From a virus (Duplodnaviria > Caudoviricetes), in IMG/VR virus record IMGVR_UViG_3300017903_001967, positions 1-33,200 of that record: a DNA stretch of 33,200 bases; one strand, written 5' to 3'. Each line of letters opens with the position of its first letter. Position 1 is the stretch's first letter. Shown here in pieces: positions 19,195 to 27,449 of this stretch. Below the pieces are notes generated by a model, which made no database searches, was not told the origin of the DNA, and saw only the letters and a list, made by a program, of their open reading frames with translations. Both the position numbers and the translations under genes were made by a program.

Positions 19195-20010
19195 TTATTT
19201 GACTCGACCCTCTGCGTATGCCTGAAGGATTTCACCTGACAGGGCTTGATAACGCGCGGGGTCGCTGTTCATTAGTTTAATAATGTCGGCCCTGCGATAT
19301 ACTTTTTTACTTGCCGTTTCAGCACTGCCTTGAGCTTTACCTGTATTAGCCGCCTTCAGTTGCTGTTTGCGTGCCTGTTTTTCAACTCTGGCAGTTTGCT
19401 GAGCAACTGTCTTACGATCTTTCCAGAGCGAAAACAGTTCATCAGCCGCATCAGCATTATACTGTTGGTCAGCTTGTACAAATAATTGAGTCCTAATCTT
19501 TGAGGCTTTAATCCAATCTGCGAACTTAGGATCTTGAAGAATTGTTTGCATATCTGGGTGTTTATTGCCCAAAGCCGCTAACGCCGCTTGCTTCCTGTAG
19601 TCCTCAGTATATTTTGCCGCCTCTCTAATTTTAGGGTGGTTCTCAATCGCTCTATTAACAGCACCTTGCGGGTCTGTAAAATAGTCAATATCACTTTCAG
19701 GCTCAACATCTTGTTGAGGTGCTTGCGGTGGAGACTGATTACTAATGTATTGGTCAACCACCTGACGAAGCTCACCGACCTCAGCAGAATGACGACTCAT
19801 CACCTTTTCAACTTCTTGGTGCATCTGAACAACTTCTTTCAGAGATTTACCACGGTATCTCTCTGGAATATCGCTATCAGTGTCCTCTTCTACCGCGTCT
19901 TGAGGTTGCTCAATAGCCGCTTCAGGCTCCTGAATCTCATTCGCTTCGTTTTCAATGTTGCCCGCATTCTCCTCTTCAAGGTGCGAGTCAATCATCGTTG
20001 CTCTAGACAT
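19195..20010 (-). CDS. Capsid scaffolding protein
   Basis: Acidic N-terminus, IPERYRGKS, helical body and C-terminal AYAEGRVK. Immediately upstream of the capsid gene. Confidence 0.8.
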   Translation of the reverse strand: MSRATMIDSHLEEENAGNIENEANEIQEPEAAIEQPQDAVEEDTDSDIPERYRGKSLKEVVQMHQEVEKVMSRHSAEVGELRQVVDQYISNQSPPQAPQQDVEPESDIDYFTDPQGAVNRAIENHPKIREAAKYTEDYRKQAALAALGNKHPDMQTILQDPKFADWIKASKIRTQLFVQADQQYNADAADELFSLWKDRKTVAQQTARVEKQARKQQLKAANTGKAQGSAETASKKVYRRADIIKLMNSDPARYQALSGEILQAYAEGRVK

Positions 20011-20033
20011 ATTAAACTCCGTGATCTAAGTCA

Positions 20034-20255
20034 TTATGGAGATTTACGTTTCCTGCCAGCTTCTTCGTGTTCTCGCACCCATTTCATATGGCGACCTGGA
20101 AAGTCCCCACTATGACCATCGAGTACGCACTTAGGCGCTGACAGCATTTTAGTAGCAGTCAAGCCACAACCGCACCTACTGGTTGTAACTCCACTGCGTA
20201 CCATTCCTTCAAATACACGACCGCACTCACAGCGGAAATCATATATTTTATACAT
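20034..20255 (-). CDS. FmdB-like zinc-ribbon protein
   Basis: IYDFRCECGRVFE...RCGCG...KMLSAP. Confidence 0.75.
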   Translation of the reverse strand: MYKIYDFRCECGRVFEGMVRSGVTTSRCGCGLTATKMLSAPKCVLDGHSGDFPGRHMKWVREHEEAGRKRKSP

Positions 20256-20502
20256 TAAGCTCTTCCTGAGCTTCCGCTTCGGCCTGATCTCGCGCCGCAG
20301 TAATCGTTGCTTCTAAGTTGATTACTGTAGCTAAAGCGGCAACCTGACCTTTGCGATAAAACAATTCATCCTGATCTTTGATGCTTTGAATGTTTACCAA
20401 CTGCTCTGCATTGTTAGTTAACTCTTCTATCAACTGCTTAAAACCTTCATGGTTAAAGAGCGTGTTGTAATTGTCAAAATACCTTTCAAGTTCAGGTGTC
20501 AT
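20248..20502 (-). CDS. Conserved small head-module protein
   Basis: LFNHEGFKQLIEEL...LFYRKGQ pattern usual between portal and scaffold in podoviruses. Confidence 0.7.
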   Translation of the reverse strand: MTPELERYFDNYNTLFNHEGFKQLIEELTNNAEQLVNIQSIKDQDELFYRKGQVAALATVINLEATITAARDQAEAEAQEELNV

Positions 20503-20552
20503 ATTTCTCTCTCTTTTGTTAAGTGCCTTTTATCACGTTTTTACAGAAAATG

Positions 20553-20810
20553 TCATGCCCTTCGTGATCTGGCTGTTTTTTTTGCAATCCGCTTTGGCTG
20601 AGACGAGTGTTGTTTGCCCGCCGCAGTATCCTTACGCTTCTTGCGCGTTGTTGCCGCATACTCTTTAGCCGATAGCGACTTAATTGCTTTTGCAGGCAAA
20701 TACCGTTCGCCTGTTGCTTTTGGCCCTTGTGTTGATGGCTTACCTGATTTGGTGCGCCAATTCTGCTTAGTCCAGTTCTTTAAGCTTCTTTGAGACTTTT
20801 TTAAGGCCAT
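20553..20810 (-). CDS. Basic protein resembling the C-terminal half of DUF5872
   Basis: SQRSLKNWTKQNWRTKSG...GERYLP...EYAATTRKKR...GKQHS. Confidence 0.7.
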   Translation of the reverse strand: MALKKSQRSLKNWTKQNWRTKSGKPSTQGPKATGERYLPAKAIKSLSAKEYAATTRKKRKDTAAGKQHSSQPKRIAKKTARSRRA

Positions 20811-20986
20811 TACTTATAGCCTCCGCCTTTAGCCTTGTACTGCTTGGCTAACATTTGCGCTTTGCGAGCAGACCACTGACCAGGCTTACCACCTTTGCCG
20901 CCTGCTTTGATCTTGTTAAAAAGATTCTTTCGCATCGTAGGCTTAGTGTAATTACCAGCCTGATTAACCTTAGACCTAGTAGCCAT
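20810..20986 (-). CDS. 58-aa basic protein resembling the N-terminal half of DUF5872 (not in ORF track)
   Basis: My translation: MATRSKVNQAGNYTKPTMRKNLFNKIKAGGKGGKPGQWSARKAQMLAKQYKAKGGGYK. TAATG overlap with the next gene. Confidence 0.8.
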   Translation of the reverse strand: MATRSKVNQAGNYTKPTMRKNLFNKIKAGGKGGKPGQWSARKAQMLAKQYKAKGGGYK

Positions 20987-20988
20987 AG

Positions 20989-21051
20989 CTACTTACCTTT
21001 TGGTTTTTTTACTTTTTTCTTTTTGCCGCCGTATCCGCTACCGTATCCCAT
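20989..21051 (-). CDS. 20-aa Lys-rich micropeptide (not in ORF track)
   Basis: MGYGSGYGGKKKKVKKPKGK, preceded by TAAGGAGATAGTA-ATG. It fills the gap between two genes. Confidence 0.65.
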   Translation of the reverse strand: MGYGSGYGGKKKKVKKPKGK

Positions 21052-21066
21052 TACTATCTCCTTAAT

Positions 21067-21339
21067 TTATCGCATTCGTCCTGAACTTCTACGCATCATT
21101 GATTTCGGAGCAGAAGACCGCCGTGAGCGAGTAGAAGGGCTAGCTGATCGACTACGACCGCCCCTTTGTGATCTTTGCTCTTGCGTTCTGCTTTTTGGGC
21201 CGAATGGCGCAGTATTTGCGGAGCCTGTATTTGAGCGAGTTCTGCCATTTCTAGTGTTTGCAGAAGATCGCATTGGCTTAACTCCGCCTGTTTTTCTTGG
21301 GGCTGTAGATTTACGCCCTGTGGTTCTACGACGCATCAT
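21067..21339 (-). CDS. Arg/Ser-rich protamine-like protein
   Basis: 90 aa dominated by R, S, T and G, with only one acidic residue by eye. RBS TAAGGAGATAGTT-ATG. Confidence 0.7.
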   Translation of the reverse strand: MMRRRTTGRKSTAPRKTGGVKPMRSSANTRNGRTRSNTGSANTAPFGPKSRTQEQRSQRGGRSRSASPSTRSRRSSAPKSMMRRSSGRMR

Positions 21340-21354
21340 AACTATCTCCTTAGT

Positions 21355-21537
21355 TTATTTGCCGAACATCATTACAGTAAAAGATTCCATCTTGCCAACG
21401 TCTTCTGGCTTTTTTTTGGCATCGTACTTAGTAGGAAAGCCCTGATCCTGCATTTCTTTAATACGACGCTTAGAAGTCTCGCACATAGAATAATACTCAG
21501 TAGGCGTGTAGCTAACTGTGTGATCTTTATCTTTCAT
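21355..21537 (-). CDS. Small hypothetical protein
   Basis: 60 aa, GGAGG RBS, ATGA overlap with the upstream gene. Confidence 0.6.
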   Translation of the reverse strand: MKDKDHTVSYTPTEYYSMCETSKRRIKEMQDQGFPTKYDAKKKPEDVGKMESFTVMMFGK

Positions 21538-21686
21538 TTCTTGCCTCCGTGAACCTTCTGAACTGCAAAATTAGCTGATTTAGACGCGCCTTTATGAGGT
21601 TTATAACCTTCAGCAGGATCTTTCATGAGCTTGTATTCTTTGCCCTTTTTCATCCAGTGATAACCTTTAGGTGCTGGGACTTTCAT
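21534..21686 (-). CDS. Small Lys-rich protein (50 aa, start revised)
   Basis: MKVPAPKGYHWMKKGKEYKLMK... The ATG at 21686 is preferred because it avoids a long overlap with the lipoprotein gene. Confidence 0.65.
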   Translation of the reverse strand: MKVPAPKGYHWMKKGKEYKLMKDPAEGYKPHKGASKSANFAVQKVHGGKK

Positions 21687-21915
21687 TTTTAGACTCTCTA
21701 TCTGAAGAAGTCGCTGAACGAACGCCATCAGCGGCACTGTTAGTTACATAGGTGACTGTATCTGATACGTCTTTACCAACTGCGTTTGTAACGCCAGCTA
21801 CACCCTCGCCTGTTGCCTCAACAGTTTTATTTACTATGTCCTGCGCCCCATCAACTGACGCATTAAATGTTGAACAACCACTAAGAATAAAAACTAAAGG
21901 AACTGCATATTTCAT
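21667..21915 (-). CDS. Small lipoprotein (entericidin-like architecture)
   Basis: MKYAVPLVFILSG|C lipobox followed by amphipathic Ala/Val/Thr/Gly helices. AGGAG RBS. Confidence 0.75.
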   Translation of the reverse strand: MKYAVPLVFILSGCSTFNASVDGAQDIVNKTVEATGEGVAGVTNAVGKDVSDTVTYVTNSAADGVRSATSSDRESKNESPST

Positions 21916-21939
21916 AACAAAATCTCCTGATTAGTTGAT

Positions 21940-22230
21940 TTACCATTTAACTTTGTTAGCCCAATATGCGGCAGAACACTTACCTTTTGCAATGTTCTTT
22001 GCATGACGAGCTTTAAAAGATTTGCGTTTGGCTTTCATCTTTTCTGACTCACCAGCTTTTGGCTTGCCAGCAGTTTTAGCGCCTTGTTGACCAAAACGAA
22101 TTGTTTTTACTTTCCCATCATCACACTTAACAACAACAACATGAGACTTAGTGGGATGGTTGGGCGTTCTCTTCGGCTGACTGAAGCCGCTTACGCCCGC
22201 GCGTTCTAGGCTTGGGTGTTTCTTTGCCAT
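21940..22230 (-). CDS. Small basic conserved phage protein
   Basis: KPKRTP-like PKRTPNHPTKSHVV, KTIRFGQQG, RKSFKARH and SAAYWANKVKW. GGAGGAG RBS and TAATG coupling to the portal. Confidence 0.75.
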   Translation of the reverse strand: MAKKHPSLERAGVSGFSQPKRTPNHPTKSHVVVVKCDDGKVKTIRFGQQGAKTAGKPKAGESEKMKAKRKSFKARHAKNIAKGKCSAAYWANKVKW

Positions 22231-22339
22231 TAGTTAACTCCTCCACTTGGGATTTCAACTCCTCCAATTGGCGCACTAGCGGCTCCAGCTGGGCGTTGAA
22301 CCTCTGGAAGATCATTTGCAACTCTCTGTCTGTTAGCAT
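22148..22339 (-). CDS. Overprinted 63-aa coiled-coil protein
   Basis: MLTDRELQMIFQRFNAQLEPLVRQLEELKSQVEEL..., with AAGGAAAAGAGA before the ATG. Lies entirely within the portal 3' end and the next gene. Confidence 0.55.
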   Translation of the reverse strand: MLTDRELQMIFQRFNAQLEPLVRQLEELKSQVEELTNGKETPKPRTRGRKRLQSAEENAQPSH

Positions 22340-24242
22340 TCTCTTTTCCTTGGATTTCTTTTTCCTTGAGTAAAGTGTTAGCAATCTTCATTCGACGCTC
22401 AAACTCTTTGTCTTCTTGATCGCCTTCTTTCAGATTGCGTGTAACCGCATTGATACGGTCGATTTCCAACTCTACCGGAACAGCCTGTGCTTCTGCCGCC
22501 AGTTTTGTTGCTCTCGCCTGTGACTCCTGTGCTTGTGCAGATAGAGCCGCAGTCTGAGATTGCTGGAACGCAAGCTGTGCTTGTTGTGCAACTTGCGCTA
22601 ATTGCTGTGCTTGTGGGTTTGGTTGCATTGCTTGGTTCATTGCTGACAACAACTCTTCCCGATTTGAAAGGTTCATGTTGTCTACAATTGATTGAATCAA
22701 GGTTGCATACAGTGGCGAGTCTTGACCCATGGTCTGCAACAACTGTACCAACTGCGTTACTTCATACTCACGAGCAATAATGCCTAATGTACTGCTGGCA
22801 TTAAACTTGTAATCAGCTACAGGATAGTTTTCAGGATCAAACTGCATATACCTGTGAGCCGCTTTCTTAACAAATGGGATTAAGAAAGACTGCTGGAAGT
22901 TTATAAGAGTACGCTTATGACGCTTAATAAGAGCACCAAGAGACATGCTAATGCCAGCCGCCGTTGCGTCGCCGTTAACTTGTCCAGCGATCCCGGCAGA
23001 GTCAACTGCACCAGTTGCTTGTTGCACCATTTGCTGTAATGCACCAGCTTGTGCAAAGGTGATTTGATTAACTTGACCAAAGTTGAACGGTTGAAGTACT
23101 TCACGAGGATCTCCATTAGTTAAAACCATCTTTCCCGGTCTAACTTCAGGCTTTGCGCCTCGCGGTAAACGAGTTGCATCAATTGCCATCATGGGATGAA
23201 TGGTTAGGCTGAGTGCATCAATCCTTGCGCGTAGCTCGGTATCGAGTGCTTTTTGAGAGTTGTAGCCTTTTTCGCAAACACCTCTCCCCCAAAATCGACC
23301 AGGCACCACATCCCAAGGGAATGCAATAACGGGTCTATCGGACATCATGTATGGATTCTTTTCTGCTTTTAGTAACTGACCGCCGTTTGCAATAACAATA
23401 ACGGCTTCAACGTACTGAGTAGTCTCTTCATCATCTTCTTCATCAATTGCTTCGTTAAGAAGATCACGCGGAACGAGGCCGTAGTATTTAGTAAGTCTAA
23501 TCTTGTCATCGTTGTAGATAGTGATGTCTTGATCAGGCTCGAGGTCAGTGTCAGGTGCCGCAGATCCTAAGTAGATATCGCGGTAAACACCTTGCTCTTG
23601 CAAAAGTTCTACCTGATGACGGCTAACAAACTCATCAATACAAACGCCCAATGCTTCATCGACACTAGTTGCAACAGGATCAATCAGAAAGTTTTGAGGC
23701 ATTACAGGTCGAAGCTTTACTTTGACTCTATCAGTAATGTTGACACCAACCGCCTGAAGATCACCGTCCATTAATGGCTGAGTGGCAGGGGCCATCTCTT
23801 TCATTTCTTCAATGACGATTTCACCAATGCCTGTACCAAATACAGCGGCATTGATAAGACATTCCGCAACAGATTTGCGGATCATGCAGTCTTCAAAGTC
23901 TTCGGTTAGTTTGTTTCTTAAAAAAAGAACGTCGTCTCGCTGGGTGTCACCCATGTTGTCCGACACATCAAACCATTTACCACGACCAAAAGTTGCCTCT
24001 TCTAGTTCGGCAACATTGGACTCAACAGCTTGCTGTAAAGCAGGAGAGATAATACGGCTACGCTCACTCCTACGCTCGCTATCAGCAGGATCCCAAATGC
24101 CACGCCAAAGCCGATAGTATTCTTCAAAGCGACTCTCGTAGTTAGACTCATAGTAATCACGCCAGTTTTCGCATTTGACCATGACCCAATCTTCAACAGA
24201 TTGCTCAATAATTAACGAATCTTGTTCATATAAGTCAGTCAT
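22230..24242 (-). CDS. Portal protein
   Basis: 670 aa with FGTGIGEI, VPGRFWGRGVCEKG and TAAGISM motifs and a Gln-rich C-terminal barrel-like region. Located downstream of TerL. Confidence 0.9.
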   Translation of the reverse strand: MTDLYEQDSLIIEQSVEDWVMVKCENWRDYYESNYESRFEEYYRLWRGIWDPADSERRSERSRIISPALQQAVESNVAELEEATFGRGKWFDVSDNMGDTQRDDVLFLRNKLTEDFEDCMIRKSVAECLINAAVFGTGIGEIVIEEMKEMAPATQPLMDGDLQAVGVNITDRVKVKLRPVMPQNFLIDPVATSVDEALGVCIDEFVSRHQVELLQEQGVYRDIYLGSAAPDTDLEPDQDITIYNDDKIRLTKYYGLVPRDLLNEAIDEEDDEETTQYVEAVIVIANGGQLLKAEKNPYMMSDRPVIAFPWDVVPGRFWGRGVCEKGYNSQKALDTELRARIDALSLTIHPMMAIDATRLPRGAKPEVRPGKMVLTNGDPREVLQPFNFGQVNQITFAQAGALQQMVQQATGAVDSAGIAGQVNGDATAAGISMSLGALIKRHKRTLINFQQSFLIPFVKKAAHRYMQFDPENYPVADYKFNASSTLGIIAREYEVTQLVQLLQTMGQDSPLYATLIQSIVDNMNLSNREELLSAMNQAMQPNPQAQQLAQVAQQAQLAFQQSQTAALSAQAQESQARATKLAAEAQAVPVELEIDRINAVTRNLKEGDQEDKEFERRMKIANTLLKEKEIQGKENANRQRVANDLPEVQRPAGAASAPIGGVEIPSGGVN

Positions 24243-24246
24243 GACT

Positions 24247-24609
24247 TTACTCCAAAGCGTCTATAAATGTTTTTGCTGACTTTGCTTTACTAGCCAAGGG
24301 GTTAAAAGTTTCAAGGGCAGTACCTTTTTTGTAGCCGCCTTTAGCATAATCAATAGCTTCTTTTTTAGAAGGCATAGCCAAAAAATTGTTTGTTTTAAAG
24401 GCGTTTGCCATCGCTTCTTCGTTAGATTTAAAACGACGCAAACTTTTGCCATCATACTGAATTGTAGGAAACACAAACCAGTTTCCATCTTCATCTACCT
24501 CTGCCGCCATTTCATGTGTAGAAATAGATCCATCCTTATTTGTAATGTAAGGATATTTTTTGGGATTTAAAATTCTATCAATAAACTCTGGCTGTTCTTT
24601 TTTTGCCAT
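24247..24609 (-). CDS. Hypothetical protein between TerL and portal
   Basis: 120 aa, fits the operon (1 nt after the TerL stop). NKDGSISTH...VFPTI. Confidence 0.65.
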   Translation of the reverse strand: MAKKEQPEFIDRILNPKKYPYITNKDGSISTHEMAAEVDEDGNWFVFPTIQYDGKSLRRFKSNEEAMANAFKTNNFLAMPSKKEAIDYAKGGYKKGTALETFNPLASKAKSAKTFIDALE

Positions 24610-24610
24610 G

Positions 24611-25864
24611 TCAGTATCCCGCCACTACGTCTAAGATTTCGTGGTCGTCTATTTCATATTCATAGTCATAGGCTACATTTGCAAGTTGGTCAATGTAAGC
24701 CAATGCGTCTATTAAGTCATCATGGGTCAAAGGATCAGGGAATTGGAACAGTTGGTCAAGGAATCTTGCATTCCATTCGCCCTTGTTCAAAGTGACATAT
24801 CCGTTTTCAAAACGGCCTTGAAGCGCCCACATAACCCGATCGGTCTTGTTTTTATTGCCGTGTGTTAGCTCTTGGACGCGGAAAAATGTTCCGTACTTCT
24901 TTTGCAGATCAAGCAAAGGCGACATGACAGCCTGCTTGGCAATGCCTCTTTCTATGCCGACAGACACGGGGCGATAATCTCTTACGGCTTGAAATATCTT
25001 CATGGCGGTTTCGTTTAAATCCCAGCGGCCATGAATAATGTTTTCTACATACCAGCCATGCTCATTGACTAGTACAACGGCAATCGCTGTTTCATCAAGT
25101 TTAGTATTTTTCGTACGTTTCTTATTGACCTCCTGAAAGCCCGCAAGGTCAATCGCAATGTAATAATCACCTGCCTCTGGGCTTTCCTGCGAGACTTGTA
25201 TCCAATCCTCCTTAAACATTTCAGAGCCACGAGCTTCAAAGGACGCCATAAATTCCTGGCGAAATGCATAAGACGACATAGAGCGTTTAGCAATATCAAT
25301 TTCATCTTTGTCCAAAAGCGGGTTGTCATAAGACGTAAAGTGCCAAGCCTTGTAGGTAGGGTCATCATCTAACTCCGCATATTTGTATAGTTCATAAAAA
25401 TGGTTGCGCCCCATAGGTGTCCCTATGAACATTGCACAGCCCTTTTGATCCGCAAGAGCAGGTCTCAATATTTGCTCGAATACTTCAGGCTTCATGTCTG
25501 CGTATTCATCTAGCACCAAAAACTTTAGCGAGACACCTCGCATGGTTTCTGGTCGGTCTGCGCCTTTGAGGCTGATGGTTGCTCCGTTAACGAGTTTGAT
25601 TTGTAGATTATTGATGTGACTACCAGCAATAACAGGATGACCAAGCTCCAAAAGGGTTTGCCACATGATGTCCCGCGCTTGTCCTTGGGTAGGTGCAACA
25701 TAGAATACATGTCCCCTATCGGCCTGCAGAGCATTTACTATCAACATCCACGCGGCTAGTCGAGATTTACCGGTACGCCTTCCTGCCGCTACAATTTTAA
25801 AGCGCGTATCGTCTGCCCAGACCTGTTGTTGCCAAGGCAATAATTCAATATTCAGATCAGTCAT
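24611..25864 (-). CDS. terL: Terminase large subunit
   Basis: PWQ adenine-binding motif, Walker A AGRRTGKS, Walker B LVLDE, FIGTP, nuclease AIDLAG and HDDLIDA. Confidence 0.95.
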   Translation of the reverse strand: MTDLNIELLPWQQQVWADDTRFKIVAAGRRTGKSRLAAWMLIVNALQADRGHVFYVAPTQGQARDIMWQTLLELGHPVIAGSHINNLQIKLVNGATISLKGADRPETMRGVSLKFLVLDEYADMKPEVFEQILRPALADQKGCAMFIGTPMGRNHFYELYKYAELDDDPTYKAWHFTSYDNPLLDKDEIDIAKRSMSSYAFRQEFMASFEARGSEMFKEDWIQVSQESPEAGDYYIAIDLAGFQEVNKKRTKNTKLDETAIAVVLVNEHGWYVENIIHGRWDLNETAMKIFQAVRDYRPVSVGIERGIAKQAVMSPLLDLQKKYGTFFRVQELTHGNKNKTDRVMWALQGRFENGYVTLNKGEWNARFLDQLFQFPDPLTHDDLIDALAYIDQLANVAYDYEYEIDDHEILDVVAGY

Positions 25865-25867
25865 CTG

Positions 25868-26224
25868 TTAGTCAAAGTTGTTAAAGGCGGCGGAGCGTTC
25901 TACAAGATCGAGTGTTACTGCAAACTCTACGTCACCTGCACTGCCTGTTTGGCACTTAACAACCTCACCAGCCTGTATGACAAACAACGGAACATTTGAT
26001 GTGCCACCGAGCGTTTCTTTTGCACCGCCAGATACGTTGTCGTCATCAAAAAAATACAACTGATCTACACCACTAGAATTTTCCCACTTTAGTGTTACGC
26101 CATTTGTACTGCCGCCATGGTTAGCAATAAAAATGTAGAAAATATTTGCAACAAAACCTGTTGGTACAGTGAATAGTGTTGTTTCGTTGGTGTCTGTAAT
26201 GGTTAGGTGCTTAGTAGTCAGCAT
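25868..26224 (-). CDS. Beta-rich hypothetical, possibly virion-associated (start revised)
   Basis: MLTTKHLTITDTNETTLFTVP... TAATG coupling to the endolysin stop at 26224. Confidence 0.6.
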   Translation of the reverse strand: MLTTKHLTITDTNETTLFTVPTGFVANIFYIFIANHGGSTNGVTLKWENSSGVDQLYFFDDDNVSGGAKETLGGTSNVPLFVIQAGEVVKCQTGSAGDVEFAVTLDLVERSAAFNNFD

Positions 26225-26568
26225 TAGGAATACGTCCACATGACGGGAGTTGTATCGCGAGTATCTACGTGAACGAACGATTTTGCTACCCCAATACCCC
26301 CAAAATTAAGTTTTAGAGCTTCATGAACAATTTGCATCCGTTGTTTGCCATCAGTTACCGCAATGTCAGCCGCAATGCCACGATTGTGTGTGCCAGGCGT
26401 TGATTTTACGACTTCGTTGGGATGAGTTTCGTCTCTGTAGCCTGATGTTATACGGAACGGAAAGCCGCATTCTTCACGCAACTGATCCAGTTTGGCAAGA
26501 AATGCGTCATCCATCTCGTTCTTGCCGGTATGCGTACAATCGAACTCTCTTATGTCAAAGAACTTCAC
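26224..26568 (-). CDS. Peptidase M15 (Zn peptidoglycan peptidase), putative endolysin
   Basis: EFDC, LDQLRE, ITSGYR, H-x6-D (HNRGIAAD) and FVHVD motifs. Likely GTG start at 26568 after GGAG. Confidence 0.85.
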   Translation of the reverse strand: MKFFDIREFDCTHTGKNEMDDAFLAKLDQLREECGFPFRITSGYRDETHPNEVVKSTPGTHNRGIAADIAVTDGKQRMQIVHEALKLNFGGIGVAKSFVHVDTRDTTPVMWTYS

Positions 26569-27019
26569 CGCTTTCTCCATCAATGATTTTAGGTTGGATA
26601 GTGTTAGGGTTGATTTCTTTAACGTCTGCCGTGCCAACCCCTGTAATATTGATTTGTATAGCCGATTTACCGCCGTTTTGTATCACATCTTTTTCAAATG
26701 CCGCTACAGGCAGTATCCGATCCATGACTAACTTCCATGCGGCAGACTGATTCTTGTGATCATTGTCTAACGCGGCATCAAATATCGTATCCAAAACTAA
26801 TTTGCTTTTAGGAGACGACAGCATTCGTGCTTTGTATTCGTTGATAATGGCCGCATCACCTTTAGGGCGGCCTACTTTGCCTCTACCACCAGGAGAGTTA
26901 GACGCTAACGTTTTCTTGCTAGGCTGTGTGCGCTTCTTTTCTGCTTTTATCTGCGCTTTACGACGTTGCTTGTAAGTCAAGTTGTCGTCTTCAGGTACAT
27001 CTACTCTTTTGTCTGTCAT
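26555..27019 (-). CDS. terS: Terminase small subunit (putative)
   Basis: First late gene. Basic N-terminus with GRPKG, helical core (AAWKLVMDRILP) and an IQINITG beta strand. Two genes separate it from terL. Confidence 0.65.
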   Translation of the reverse strand: MTDKRVDVPEDDNLTYKQRRKAQIKAEKKRTQPSKKTLASNSPGGRGKVGRPKGDAAIINEYKARMLSSPKSKLVLDTIFDAALDNDHKNQSAAWKLVMDRILPVAAFEKDVIQNGGKSAIQINITGVGTADVKEINPNTIQPKIIDGESGEVL

Positions 27020-27449
27020 AAAAAAATTGGGTTGTACTTAACCAACCCGCCCTCCCTATCCTACTTATAAAATACGGACTACACAATAGGCACTCTACTC
27101 TAATAGTTGATATATGCAAAATGGTTATAAAAACATGAGGTCTATCAAGGAGTTGGAATAAGTCCAAAATGACCTTTTTTTGTATCTGGGTGGGTACAGT
27201 ATTCTATGTGCAACGACAACACCCCCCCCCGGCCCCAAAATTTCCGCACAAACGCAACGCGCTCGGCAAAAAATCGCAAGGCGAGGCGAATAAAAAGGTA
27301 AAGAGTGTGAGCGGATGTGGCACCCACTGAAGACACTAACGACACTGAAGCCATCAACGACACAACCCAATCCAATCCCGATATACCTGGACAGCATAAG
27401 CATATACTAAAATAATCTAATATATCCCTGTATTTATCCCCATCTATCC

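Noticed and set aside
19588-20115. 175-aa plus-strand ORF
   Set aside because: Antisense to the scaffold gene, with no motif or RBS support.
20503-20556. Internal promoter upstream of the scaffold/capsid genes
   Set aside because: ATGACA...TGATAAAAG is only a weak consensus match, which is not enough to call.
20855-21445. 196-aa plus-strand ORF
   Set aside because: Antisense shadow of the basic-protein cluster, with no RBS and composition mirroring the minus-strand genes.
27125-27403. Minus-strand ORFs 27125-27403 and 27145-27375
   Set aside because: No RBS, they cross homopolymer tracts, and the composition is not protein-like. The region is more plausibly regulatory or terminal.
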